A stretch of 59,294 nucleotides of DNA, counting the filler. It is 8 parts of 8 records of this genome, joined end to end, with 100 filler letters (N's around TTAATTAATTAA, not from the genome) between each part and the next. Parts side by side here need not be neighbours in the genome. Positions count along the whole stretch, not along the records: positions 16,100 to 22,904 come from SRR31147125_154069; positions 23,005 to 29,256 come from SRR31147125_154702; positions 29,357 to 39,946 come from SRR31147125_154849; 5 more parts are not named here. One strand, written 5' to 3'. Made by a program: the position numbers and the translations under genes. Positions 20,969-30,965 of this stretch are shown here, piece after piece (the stretch's first letter is position 1; every line of letters begins with the position of its first letter). The notes under the pieces are model-generated. The model was given only the letters and a program-made list of their open reading frames with translations. It did not search any database and had not been told where the DNA came from.

Positions 20969-22377
20969 ATGAATTTCACAGCAGATGCCGCCATTATCGC
21001 CGCCGAACTGGACCATTACCTGAACCGCTCCAGGACCGGATCTCCCGGGTGATCCGCCAGGAGCCCATTGACCTGATTCACAGGGATCTCAAGCTCGACC
21101 GGTATATTAAACACGGCGGGCTGACCGGATCCGACCTGGCCGGGTTTGTCAAAACATACCTGGACCATACCACCCGGCTCCACCATCCAGGATTCTTTGC
21201 CCACCAGGTGGGGTGTCCCCACCCTTCCGGCGCCCTGGGCAGCCTTTTGGACGGATTCACCAACAATGCCATGGCCATCTACGAAATGGGGGCGGGTGCG
21301 GCAGCCATTGAATTTTTCATGATCAACCTGATCCTTTCCAAAATCGGATGGGATCCCATGCCCTCCGGAATTGAGAACCGACTCAAAACCGACCATGGCG
21401 GCGGGGTACTCACCCATGGGGGGTCTTTGGCCAATCTCACGGCCCTGCTCACGGCCAGAAACTGTCTGGACAGCAGGATCCGGGACCAGGGCAGCCCGAA
21501 AGACCTCACCCTGATGGTTCCGGCATCCAGTCATTATTCCATTGCCAAGGCCGCAGGCATCATGGGCATGGGGAAAAACCTGATTTTTCTGGAAACCGAT
21601 GATCTGGGCGTGGTCCGGCCCGACTGCCTGGCGTCGGCCCATGCCCGTGCAGAGGATGAAGGGAAACGGGTGATCTGCCTGGTGGCCAATGCCTGCTCAA
21701 CCGGCACCGGCCTCTATGACCCCATTGATGAAATCGCCGATTTCTGCACGGACAAGGGGCTCTGGTTCCATGTGGACGCCGCCCACGGTGGGTGTGCCCT
21801 GTTTTCAGACAAATACCGGAATCGGTTAAGGGGGATTGTTAGGGCCGACTCCGTGATCCTGGATGCCCATAAGATGCTCAGGACCCCCACGGTCTGTGCG
21901 GCCCTGATGGTCAGGCAGGCCAGGCAGCTGGACCATGTGTTTGAACAGACGGCCTCATATCTTTTCCATGACAAGGCCCAGCCCGGATTCGATTTTATCC
22001 AGCAGACCGTGGAATGCACCAAGGCCGGTCTGGGGCTCAGGTTTTTCATGGCCCTGGCATCCATGGGAGAAAAAGGCCTGGCCGCCTATATCGACGGGAC
22101 CTTTGACCTGACAGCCCAGGCCCGGCAATATATAGATGAACAGCCGGATTTTGACTGCCCCTGCTCCCCCCAGACCAATATCCTCTGCTTCAGGTACCTG
22201 GGCGGAAATCAGCTCAAAATCAGGGACCGCCTTATTAAAGAGGGCCGGTTTTACATTTCCTCCACAGAAATGAAGGGCCTAAGATTTTTGCGCCTGGTCA
22301 TTGTCAGCCCGGACACCACCTTGGAAACCATAGCGGACCTGGTCCGGGAAATCCGCAGGGCGGCAGCAGGCCTGTAA
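20969..22377 (+). CDS. Group II PLP-dependent amino-acid decarboxylase (apparent frameshift at C-run 21044-21046)
   Basis: GGSLANLTAL, HVDAAHGG and DAHK PLP-lysine motif. AGGAGAGG RBS before ATG 20969. Confidence 0.88.
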
Positions 22378-22387
22378 AAACCGGTAA

Positions 22388-22424
22388 CCGGCGGCAGGCA
22401 GGGAATCCGCTGGCCTGCCGCCGG
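22388..22424. terminator. GC-rich hairpin between convergent genes
   Basis: CCGGCGGCAGG / CCTGCCGCCGG 11-bp stem. Confidence 0.55.
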
Positions 22425-22448
22425 AAAACAGGATAAAGCGCCGGCCTT

Positions 22449-22748
22449 TCAGCCCGTTGAAAGCCCCATGGTATATACCGTGCATTCCGTGGGCCCATCC
22501 ATCATTTCCTTAAACCCCGCCTCCAGTTCCTGGCGGGGCCCGCAGTCTTTAAACGCATCCCAGTCCTCTTTTTTCTCCCACATGGACAAAACCACGATTT
22601 CGCTGGGGTCATCTTTCCCGCGAAGGGTCTCAGACGCGATATACCCCCTGTGGTTCATGGCGTTCATCCGGGCTTTGACCAGCATCTGGGACACCTTTTG
22701 TAAATCAAAATTGTTAAATTTTCTTTTGATCACTACTTTTACCGGCAT
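22449..22748 (-). CDS. Antibiotic biosynthesis monooxygenase (ABM) family protein
   Basis: GYIASETL...VVLSMWE...W pattern; AAGGAGG RBS. Confidence 0.8.
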   Translation of the reverse strand: MPVKVVIKRKFNNFDLQKVSQMLVKARMNAMNHRGYIASETLRGKDDPSEIVVLSMWEKKEDWDAFKDCGPRQELEAGFKEMMDGPTECTVYTMGLSTG

Positions 22749-23004
22749 AACGACCTCCTTCCATTAAAGGTTTGAAAAAAGGAGCGTCAAGCTCAGGGGC
22801 GCCGTTTCTGGGACAGGGGTGGTGAATCCGTCGGGAAGGAGAACCTTTGACCAATTGGATAAGAGGGGTACTGCCAACGTAAAGGCAAAAAATCGAATAC
22901 ATTCNNNNNNNNNNNNNNNNNNNNNNNNNNNNNNNNNNNNNNNNNNNNTTAATTAATTAANNNNNNNNNNNNNNNNNNNNNNNNNNNNNNNNNNNNNNNN
23001 NNNN

Positions 23005-23806
23005 CTCCACAGGGCTGCCCACCATGGGCGCCCAGGCGGACATGATGCAGGCGCGCTGGGGATCGCACGGCGATTACGAGATCATCGCCCTGGCCCCCAG
23101 TTCGGCCCAGGAGATTTTTAACCAGACCATCACGGCTTTCAACCTGAGCGAGCGCTATCGCACCCCGGTCCTGGTGATGACCGACGAGATGATCGGCCAC
23201 ATGAGTGAAAAGGTGGTTATCCCGCCGGCGGATCGGATCGTGACCGAGTGGCGACCCAAACCCAAGGGGCGCAAGGACCGCTTCCTGCTCTACAAACCGG
23301 ACAAAAACGGCGTAGCGCCCATGCCGGCGGCCGGCGAGGGCTACAATGTGCATGTGACCGGATTGACCCACGACGAAAAGGGCTATCCGGTGATGACCGT
23401 TGAGACCCAGCAGGAGATGATGGATCGGATCAAGCGTAAGATCCTGGACAATCGCGACGATATCATCATGACCGAAGAGCACGAATTAGACGATGCCGAT
23501 ATCGTGTTGGTTTCCTACGGCATTTCGTCACGCACCAGCATGGCGGCCATGCAGCAGGCGAGGGCCCAGGGCCTGAAGGTCGGGCTGCTGCGCCTGATAA
23601 CCGTCTGGCCCTTTGCCGAGGAGCAGATCAAAATGCTGGCCGAACGGGTAAAAGGGTTTGTCACAGTGGAGGTCAATATGGGCCAGATACACCTGGAGGT
23701 GATGCGGGCCGTTGCCGGAAAGGTGCCCTGCCATCTGGTGGGGCATGCGGGCGGCACGATCATATCGCCGGATCAGGTGGTGACCCGGATAAAGGAGGTG
23801 TTCTGA
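23005..23806 (+). CDS. korA: 2-oxoacid:ferredoxin oxidoreductase alpha subunit (5' truncated)
   Basis: STGLPT...QADMMQARWGSHGD, TGLTHDE, EVNMGQ. Confidence 0.9.
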
Positions 23807-24651
23807 TGCCTGCAACCGCGCAAGCGACCACCGTAACGCAGTTGGATCATCCCCTTGAGGATCTGATCCGCTCCGACCGTATTCCCCACATCTGGTGCCC
23901 GGGGTGCGGGATCGGCACCGCCTTTTCGGCCTGTTTGACGGCCATGAAGACCAGCGGCATTGATCTGCAAAAAACCTGCATGGTCTCGGGCATCGGCTGC
24001 TCGGGTCGTGCCGCCGGATATGTGAAACTCGATTCGTTTCACACCACCCACGGGCGGGCCATCCCCTTCGCCACCGGGTTGAAGCTGGGCAATCCCGAAC
24101 TCAACGTGATTGTCTTCAGTGGTGACGGGGATCTGTTCGCCATCGGCGGAAATCATTTTATCCATGCAGCCCGACGCAACATGGATCTGACCGTCATCTG
24201 CCTGAACAACCTCAATTACGGCATGACCGGAGGCCAGGTGGCGGCCACAACACCGTTCCAGGCGCGTACCACCACCACGCCCGAGGGCAATCCCGATGCG
24301 CCTTTCAATCTTCCCCTGATGGCCTGGGCATCCGGCGCCACCTATGTGGCCCGCTGGACCATTTTGCACACCCGCGAGCTGACCGAGTGCATCCAGAAGG
24401 CCATTAACAAGAGCGGTTTCTCTTTCGTGGAGGTGCTGGGGCCATGCCCGGTCAACTACGGCCGGCGCAACCGGGAGAAGTCCCTGCAGACCCTCAAGCT
24501 CTACCAGGATCAGACCATTATCCGCAACAACGCCGACCCCAATGACCTGGAGGTCGATTTCAGCAAGAAGGTGGTGCTGGGGGAATTCGTGAACAAAGAG
24601 CGGCCCACCTGTATCGAAAACTACGACCGGACCTGCCGGCCGATCCTATAA
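23806..24651 (+). CDS. korB: 2-oxoacid:ferredoxin oxidoreductase beta subunit
   Basis: WCPGCG, SGIGCS, GDGD TPP motif, YGMTGGQ. Confidence 0.93.
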   Translation: MPATAQATTVTQLDHPLEDLIRSDRIPHIWCPGCGIGTAFSACLTAMKTSGIDLQKTCMVSGIGCSGRAAGYVKLDSFHTTHGRAIPFATGLKLGNPELNVIVFSGDGDLFAIGGNHFIHAARRNMDLTVICLNNLNYGMTGGQVAATTPFQARTTTTPEGNPDAPFNLPLMAWASGATYVARWTILHTRELTECIQKAINKSGFSFVEVLGPCPVNYGRRNREKSLQTLKLYQDQTIIRNNADPNDLEVDFSKKVVLGEFVNKERPTCIENYDRTCRPIL

Positions 24652-24679
24652 CCCGGCCGGCGGCAGCGAGGTAGAGACG

Positions 24680-25255
24680 ATGTATAAACAGATCACGATT
24701 ACCGGTTTCGGCGGCCAGGGAGTAATCCTGGCCGGGCGCATCGTGGGTGAAGCGGCCGCCATCTGCGACCACATGGAGAGCACCCTGGTGCAGTCCTACG
24801 GGCCCGAGTCCCGGGGCGGCGCCTGCAGTGCCCAGGTGACCATCGCCGATGGTCCGATCTATTTCCCTTATATTTCTCATCCCGACATCCTGGTGTGCAT
24901 GTCCCAATCGGGCTACGACAAGCACGTCGAAACCCTCAGTGAGAATGGTGTGCTGATCGTCGAACAGGACCTGGTCAAACCCGGCCGCGGCAGGGAGAGT
25001 TTTGCCGTTCCATGTACCCGCTATGCCGAGGAGCTGGGCAACAAGATGATGGCCAACATCATCATGATCGGATTCTTCACGGCCATCACCGGCGCCATTT
25101 CACTTGAGTCCGCCCGCAGCACAGTCGAGAAATCGGTTCCTCCCAAAACCATCGAAAAGAACCTCAAGGCCTTTGAGCGGGGCTGGGAGTACGCCCAGGC
25201 CACGCTCAAGGGGCGCCGGAACAAGGCGGCCGGACGCATAGGAGTCGTCGCATGA
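24680..25255 (+). CDS. korC: 2-oxoacid:ferredoxin oxidoreductase gamma subunit
   Basis: GFGGQGVILAG, SYGPESRGG. Confidence 0.92.
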   Translation: MYKQITITGFGGQGVILAGRIVGEAAAICDHMESTLVQSYGPESRGGACSAQVTIADGPIYFPYISHPDILVCMSQSGYDKHVETLSENGVLIVEQDLVKPGRGRESFAVPCTRYAEELGNKMMANIIMIGFFTAITGAISLESARSTVEKSVPPKTIEKNLKAFERGWEYAQATLKGRRNKAAGRIGVVA

Positions 25256-28200
25256 AACAAGCCAAGAACAGGTTGCACAATGTGGTGATCCTCGGGGCCA
25301 CACCGGCCGGTGTGGCGGCAGCCAACAAGCTGGGCGAGCTGGGCGTCCCGATCACCCTGGTCGACAAAGAGGCCGACCTGGACCGCAAGCTGGCCGATGA
25401 GGCCTATCGCCTGGAATCGGGGGTGCCCCTCAATTACGCCAACCGTCCCGGTCTGATTCGTATCCTGCATAATCCCAACATTCGCTGCATCATGCCTGCA
25501 CAGGTCCGTTCGGTCAGGCACAGCCAACAGGGTTTCCGGGTGCAGATCGATTCGCAACCGACGTACGTGGATTCGGAGCGTTGCACGTTGTGCGGACGGT
25601 GTGTCGAGGTCTGTCCGGTCTGTGGGCACAACGGCCATCAGCCGATTCATATCGGAAGTCGAATGGCCCTACCCGGCAGGGCGGTGATTGACAAACGGCA
25701 AGAGCCGCTCTGCCAGGCCAACTGCCCATTGGGTGTCAATGTCCAGGGATACATGGCGCTGACGGCCGCCGGGCGATACGATGAGGCCCTGGAGGTGATC
25801 CGGAGAGACAATGTGCTGCCCGCCATCTGCGGCCGCATCTGCACCCATCCGTGCGAGGCAGCCTGCCGGCGCTCCGAAAAGGATGGCGCCCTCGCCATCC
25901 GCGACATCAAGCGGTTTGTGGCCGACCAGGCCTCCGGGGCAACCAAGGCAGACCAGAAAGCATTTTCGGGAAATGGCGGTGATCCCATCGCCATCATCGG
26001 ATCGGGCCCCACCGGATTGGCGGCGGCAGCCGACCTGGCCCGCCAGGGGTTTGCAATTACGGTCTATGAGCGCGAGAAGGAGGCCGGCGGCCTGTTGCGA
26101 TACGGGATCGGCCCCCATCGGTTGCCCCGGAAGATTCTCGATGCGGAGCTGGCGGCCATCGCGGCCGACGGCGTTCGCTTCGTTACCGGCCACGAGGTGG
26201 CCCTGCCGGACGGGTTGGCCCGGATGGGGAGCGATCACCGGGCAGTGATCGTCACCACCGGCTCCTGGGCCGACCGCGGCCTTGGTGTCGAAGGCGAGTC
26301 CCTTAAAGGAGTTGAAGGTTGCCTCGCCTACCTCAATCGATTCTATCGCGGCGCTGACGGCCATGTCAGCGGCCGGGTGGCGGTGATCGGCGACGGCAAT
26401 GCTGCCTTCGACCTTGCCCGCGTGCTTAACCGTCAAGGCGCCAAGGTCACCATCGTGTCGTGGTTCGGGCGGGACGAGATCCCCGCCGATGTAGACGAAG
26501 TGCAGGCTGCTTTCGAAGAGGGCATTGCCTTCAAGGAGCGCTGCCAGGTGGTTGGATTCGCCGGAAACAGCGGCAGACTGAAGGCCCTGCAGGTCAGGGC
26601 CACCCGACCGGGGCCGGCCGATGCCAACGGTATTGCATGGCCTGTCATCATACCGGAGAGCGGGGCCGAAGAAATTGCTTTCGAAAGGGCGTTTGTGGCC
26701 ATCGGCCAGACCGGCGCATACAGCGACACGCCCTCGTCGAATGGATGGCGCGTCAACGATCGTGGCCTGATCGCGTCGGATGAGTTTGGTCGCAGTGGTT
26801 TAGAGGGGGTCTATGTGGCCGGCGATGCCGCCACCGGCGCCACCTCGGTGGTCAAGGCCATGGCCGACGGACGTCGGGTGGCCGGCCAGGTTGTCCAGGA
26901 TTTGATCGGTAGGGCGGCTGGTAATGGCCGCCGACGAATGGTTCCGGTGCGACCGGATACACGCGACTTCGATCCGTTTCCCGACGATCTGCCGCTGAAA
27001 GAGCGTACCGCCATGCCTGAACTGCCGGTTGAACAGCGGCAGGTCAACTTCAAAGAAGTGGCGTTGGGGTTTGACGAGGTGCAAGCCCGGGCCGAAGCGG
27101 GACGCTGCCTGCAGTGCGGCAGCTGTGCCCAGTGCCTGGCTTGCCTCCCGGTTTGCGAAGCCAATCAGGCCATTCGCCACGATGAACGCATCGAGCCGAT
27201 CCTGGAAAACACAGGCGTCCTGATCGTTGCCGATCCGGATTTGGCTCCGGGCGTCAAGGGCGACGATGTGATCCGCGCATATGGCCCGCCGGCCGCCAAA
27301 ACAGATGTCAACGCCATGATGCTGCGTGGCTTCTCCGCCGCTGCCCGTGCCATGGTGCTGCTCCAACAAAACGGTATGCGTGTAAAAGGGCGCGGCATTA
27401 GCTTCGTACCGCCTGATGCGGGGCTCGACAGCAACATCCGCATCGGGGTGTTCGCCTGTCGCTGCAACGACTCGCTCGGCTGGTCGGAGGGGATGGACAA
27501 CTGCCTGGAGCAGCTCAAAGCACAGGATGATATCGTGCATGCAGAAGCATTGCCGTCCGCCTGTACGCCCGAAGGCATTCAGCACATGGTCGATGCGGTC
27601 CGCGACCAGGGGCTGACCCGACTGGTGCTCGCATCGTGCGTCTGCTGTCCGCTCAATTTTGTCTGCAGCGCTTGTACCGATCAGCGCAGTCGACTCAAAC
27701 AGGGGCTTTTCGAGGGCACCGGCATCAGCCGATCTATGGTGCAGACCATCAACCTCCGGGGCGAAGTGCTGCGCCATCTGGCCAGCGATGAATCACTGGC
27801 CGTCACTCTTTTCGATGGCATCATGACACGCAGCGTCAGGCGCGCCCGCAAACTCCTGCCGTTTCCGGCACCGGTGCGCAATTACAACTTCACCACCGCG
27901 GTGATCGGTCAAACCGAGGCGGCCCGCTACGCGGCGCTGACCATGGCCAGGGCTGGTTTCGAAGTGCTGATGTTCGGTTCGGGCAAGCATCCCCTCGACG
28001 AGGCGCCGGACCATCCCCATATCTTCTCGTTCAACGGATCGAGCGTCCATGCGGTGAGCGGTACCATCGGCGATTTCCAGATCCATGCCGATTGCAGCGA
28101 CGGGCCGCGGACCTTAAACGTGGGGGGGTGATTCTGGGGGAGAAATCCCGCAACATCGCTATATACCAGCACCATGTGGATCTTCCCGGCGTTAAGGTGC

Positions 28201-28652
28201 AGGCCCGCATGCAGAAGGATCAGATTCCCGGCATCCCGTTCATGTATCCCTGCGGCACCTCGATTGCCGGTCTTTTTCTGGCCGATCCGCCCGGCATCCA
28301 GATTTCAAAACGGGCCAAAGGCGAGGCGGCGGCCATCATGACCATAGCGGCCATACCCAACGGGCCGCGCCAGAGTCGTGGTTTTTCGGTGGTGATCGAT
28401 GAAGCGCTTTGCCGCGGCTGCGGACGCTGCCTGAAGGCGTGCCCCTATCAGGCCATCAGCCTGACGGCCAACGGCCTCGCCGCCGAAACAGAGATCGGAT
28501 TTACCGCCGTGGTGGATGATGCCCTGTGCAAGGGGTGCGGCAACTGCATCTCGGTATGTCCGTCCAACGCGGCCGACAGTCCCTTTCGCGATCAGGTCTA
28601 CCTGGAACAGACCCTGGAAGAGCTGCTGATGGCCGGCAGCAGGAGCTTATAA
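25252..28652 (+). CDS. Large HdrA-related flavo-iron-sulfur protein with inserted GltD/NfnB-type NAD(P)H module (HdrL-like); apparent frameshift at G-run 28122-28128
   Basis: HdrA-like segments (YVDSERCTLCGRCVEVCP, RIGVFACRC, C-terminal 2x[4Fe-4S]) flank a GltD-like core (CQANCP, CGRICTHPCE, GSGPTG, GDGNAA, AGD). Confidence 0.82.
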
Positions 28653-29256
28653 ATGCAAGCAGAGTTCAAAATCGTCCTGTTTTTGTGTAACTGGGGCCCC
28701 CATGCCGCATACCAGGCGTTGCAGGACCGGGGCGCCGATATTCCCATGGAAATAAAGATGGTGCGCATTCCGTGCAGCGGTCGCATCAGCAAAGCATTGC
28801 TGTTCAAACCCTTCGAGATGGGCGCCGACGGCGTAATACTGCTGGGATGCAAACCGGGCAGCTGCCGATACGGCACGGGTACGGCATCGGCTTTGGAGAA
28901 CAGCGAAGATACGCGTCAGATGCTCGATCTGCTGGGCCTGGGGCGCGAGCGGTTGCAGTTGGGCAACTTTTTGCCGGACCAGTCCGAAGCGCTACTCGAC
29001 TTCCTGAACGATTTTACCGAAAGGGTGCGGCAGATGGGCAAAAGCCCGGTTGCCGCGCCGGCGGTCACTGAGGAGCCGGCATACAGCGAAGAGGCACCCG
29101 CGGCCATTGCCGCACGGCACGACGTGTTCGCCTGCCAGGACTGCGGTAAGTGCACCTCGGCCTGCTCGCTGGCCCTGGCCGGCAAACCCTTCTCCCCGCG
29201 TTTCGTGGCCACTGAGGTGATCGCCGGACACGCTGATCGGCCCCAGGTGCGAGATT
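28653..29256 (+). CDS. MvhD/FlpD [2Fe-2S] domain fused to HdrC-like 4Fe-4S domain (3' truncated)
   Basis: LCNW, RIPCSGR and GADGVILLGCKPGSCRY, followed by CQDCGKCTSAC. Confidence 0.85.
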
Positions 29257-29489
29257 NNNNNNNNNNNNNNNNNNNNNNNNNNNNNNNNNNNNNNNNNNNN
29301 TTAATTAATTAANNNNNNNNNNNNNNNNNNNNNNNNNNNNNNNNNNNNNNNNNNNNCCCTAAAGGGCAGAAACTGGGCCGCCTTGGTCTTTCGCCCGGGT
29401 TTGTCCACAACAAAACATGATAGAACTTCAGAGGTTTGACAGGTTCTTTCATATAAAGAATACGGGTTATACGAAAAAAGGAAAGTATT

Positions 29490-30965
29490 TTGAGCACTGA
29501 ACTTGTCATCGATTATTACCTCAACGGCCGGCGGATGCAGCATTGTATCCCTGCCGGTATCACGGTGCTGGATATGCTCCACTCCATCCACAATATCCAC
29601 GGCACCAAAAAAGGGTGCAAAGAGGGAGACTGCGGGGCCTGTACGGTCTCCGTTGGGGAATGGACCGGGGGCCGCTTTATATACCAGGCCGTTGCCTCCT
29701 GCATCTATCCGGCCGCCAAGGTGCACGGGTGTCACCTGATCACCATCGAAGGGCTGGCAGGGGTGGATTCCCTTCATATCATTCAGGAAAAAATTATTGA
29801 TCATCATGGGGCCCAGTGCGGGTATTGCTCCCCCGGTATTGTCATGTCCCTTTTCAGCCTCTTTGCCATGAAGGCCTTTCCGGACAAAAAGGAGATATCC
29901 CTGGCCCTGGACGGTAATATCTGCCGGTGCACGGGATACGAGGGGATCCGGAATGCAGGCCAGGCCGTGCTTGGTTCCCTGAAAGAGAGACCGGACAATT
30001 GGGAATCCGAGGTGCTTCCCGCCTATGCCAAAGACGTGGCCCAGGCCTTAGAGGGCCATGACGTTCCGATCCAGGTGATGGTGAAGGAAGCACAAAGCCA
30101 GGGTGTGAGCCCCATCCCAGTCGGGTCATACCATCTTCCCGGGAACCTTGAAGATTTGTTTGCCATGTGGCGGGATTTTCCGGATGCCACCCTTATTGCC
30201 GGGGGCACGGATCTGTATATCGGAATCAACGACGGCCGGATCAGGCCGGATCACCTCATCGATATCAGCCGGATCCAGGGTTTTGATGAGCTTGGGGTGA
30301 CCCGGGATGGGATCCGGTTCGGGGCCGCCGTGACCATCTCAAAGCTGGTATCGGACCCGGAAGTTCTTTCTGCCTGCCCGGTATTTAAGGAGGTGGGCCA
30401 ACAGATGGCATCCGCCCAGATCCGCAATGCAGCCACAGCAGTGGGCAATATTGCCAACGCCTCTCCCATCGGCGACCTTTCCGTGGTGCTGTTGGCCCTG
30501 GGCGCCGAACTTGAACTGACATCGGAAAAGGGAACCCGGACGCTGCCCCTGGACCGGTTTTTCCTGGATTACAGAAAAACCGCGCTCAAGCCCAGGGAGA
30601 TCATTTCTGCGGTCTCTATTCCTGTCCGTCCGGAACTTGTGGTGCGATTTGAAAAATCATCCAAACGGAAAGCCGTGGACATTGCCAGTGTCAACTCCTG
30701 CTTTGCCGCAATTGTCCAGGGCGGCACCCTTTCGTCTGTTCGGGCAGCCTTCGGCGGGGTGGCTCCGGTGCCCATTCTGGCACAGGGGCTGGAGGAGATA
30801 CAATTGGGAGAAACCCAAATCATGGAGACGGCCAATCAGGTCGGTTCACAATTTTCCACCATTTCAGATATCAGAGGATCCGGGGAATTTCGAACCACCC
30901 TGGTGAAGAACCATATGATCAAGCATCTGCATGGGATACAGGCACGGGGAGAACATCATGAGTAA
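29490..30965 (+). CDS. xdhA: Xanthine dehydrogenase small subunit (2x[2Fe-2S] + FAD)
   Basis: GTKKGCKEGDCGACTV, QCGYCSPG, GNICRCTGY, AGGTD, QIRNAAT. Confidence 0.92.
   Translation: MSTELVIDYYLNGRRMQHCIPAGITVLDMLHSIHNIHGTKKGCKEGDCGACTVSVGEWTGGRFIYQAVASCIYPAAKVHGCHLITIEGLAGVDSLHIIQEKIIDHHGAQCGYCSPGIVMSLFSLFAMKAFPDKKEISLALDGNICRCTGYEGIRNAGQAVLGSLKERPDNWESEVLPAYAKDVAQALEGHDVPIQVMVKEAQSQGVSPIPVGSYHLPGNLEDLFAMWRDFPDATLIAGGTDLYIGINDGRIRPDHLIDISRIQGFDELGVTRDGIRFGAAVTISKLVSDPEVLSACPVFKEVGQQMASAQIRNAATAVGNIANASPIGDLSVVLLALGAELELTSEKGTRTLPLDRFFLDYRKTALKPREIISAVSIPVRPELVVRFEKSSKRKAVDIASVNSCFAAIVQGGTLSSVRAAFGGVAPVPILAQGLEEIQLGETQIMETANQVGSQFSTISDIRGSGEFRTTLVKNHMIKHLHGIQARGEHHE

Noticed and set aside
26800-27777. 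Long antisense ORFs (e.g. 325 aa here, 283 aa at 4853-5704)
   Set aside because: Shadow frames of GC-rich genes, with no motifs or RBS.
28129-28131. TGA in the HdrA-like gene as selenocysteine
   Set aside because: It is not at a Cys position. Homology continues in the shifted frame (VGGVILG...ferredoxin motifs) after a G7 run.
29357-29489. Purine riboswitch upstream of xdhA
   Set aside because: I could not find the conserved aptamer core. Only a TTGACA without a well-spaced -10 is present; an Rfam scan would settle it.
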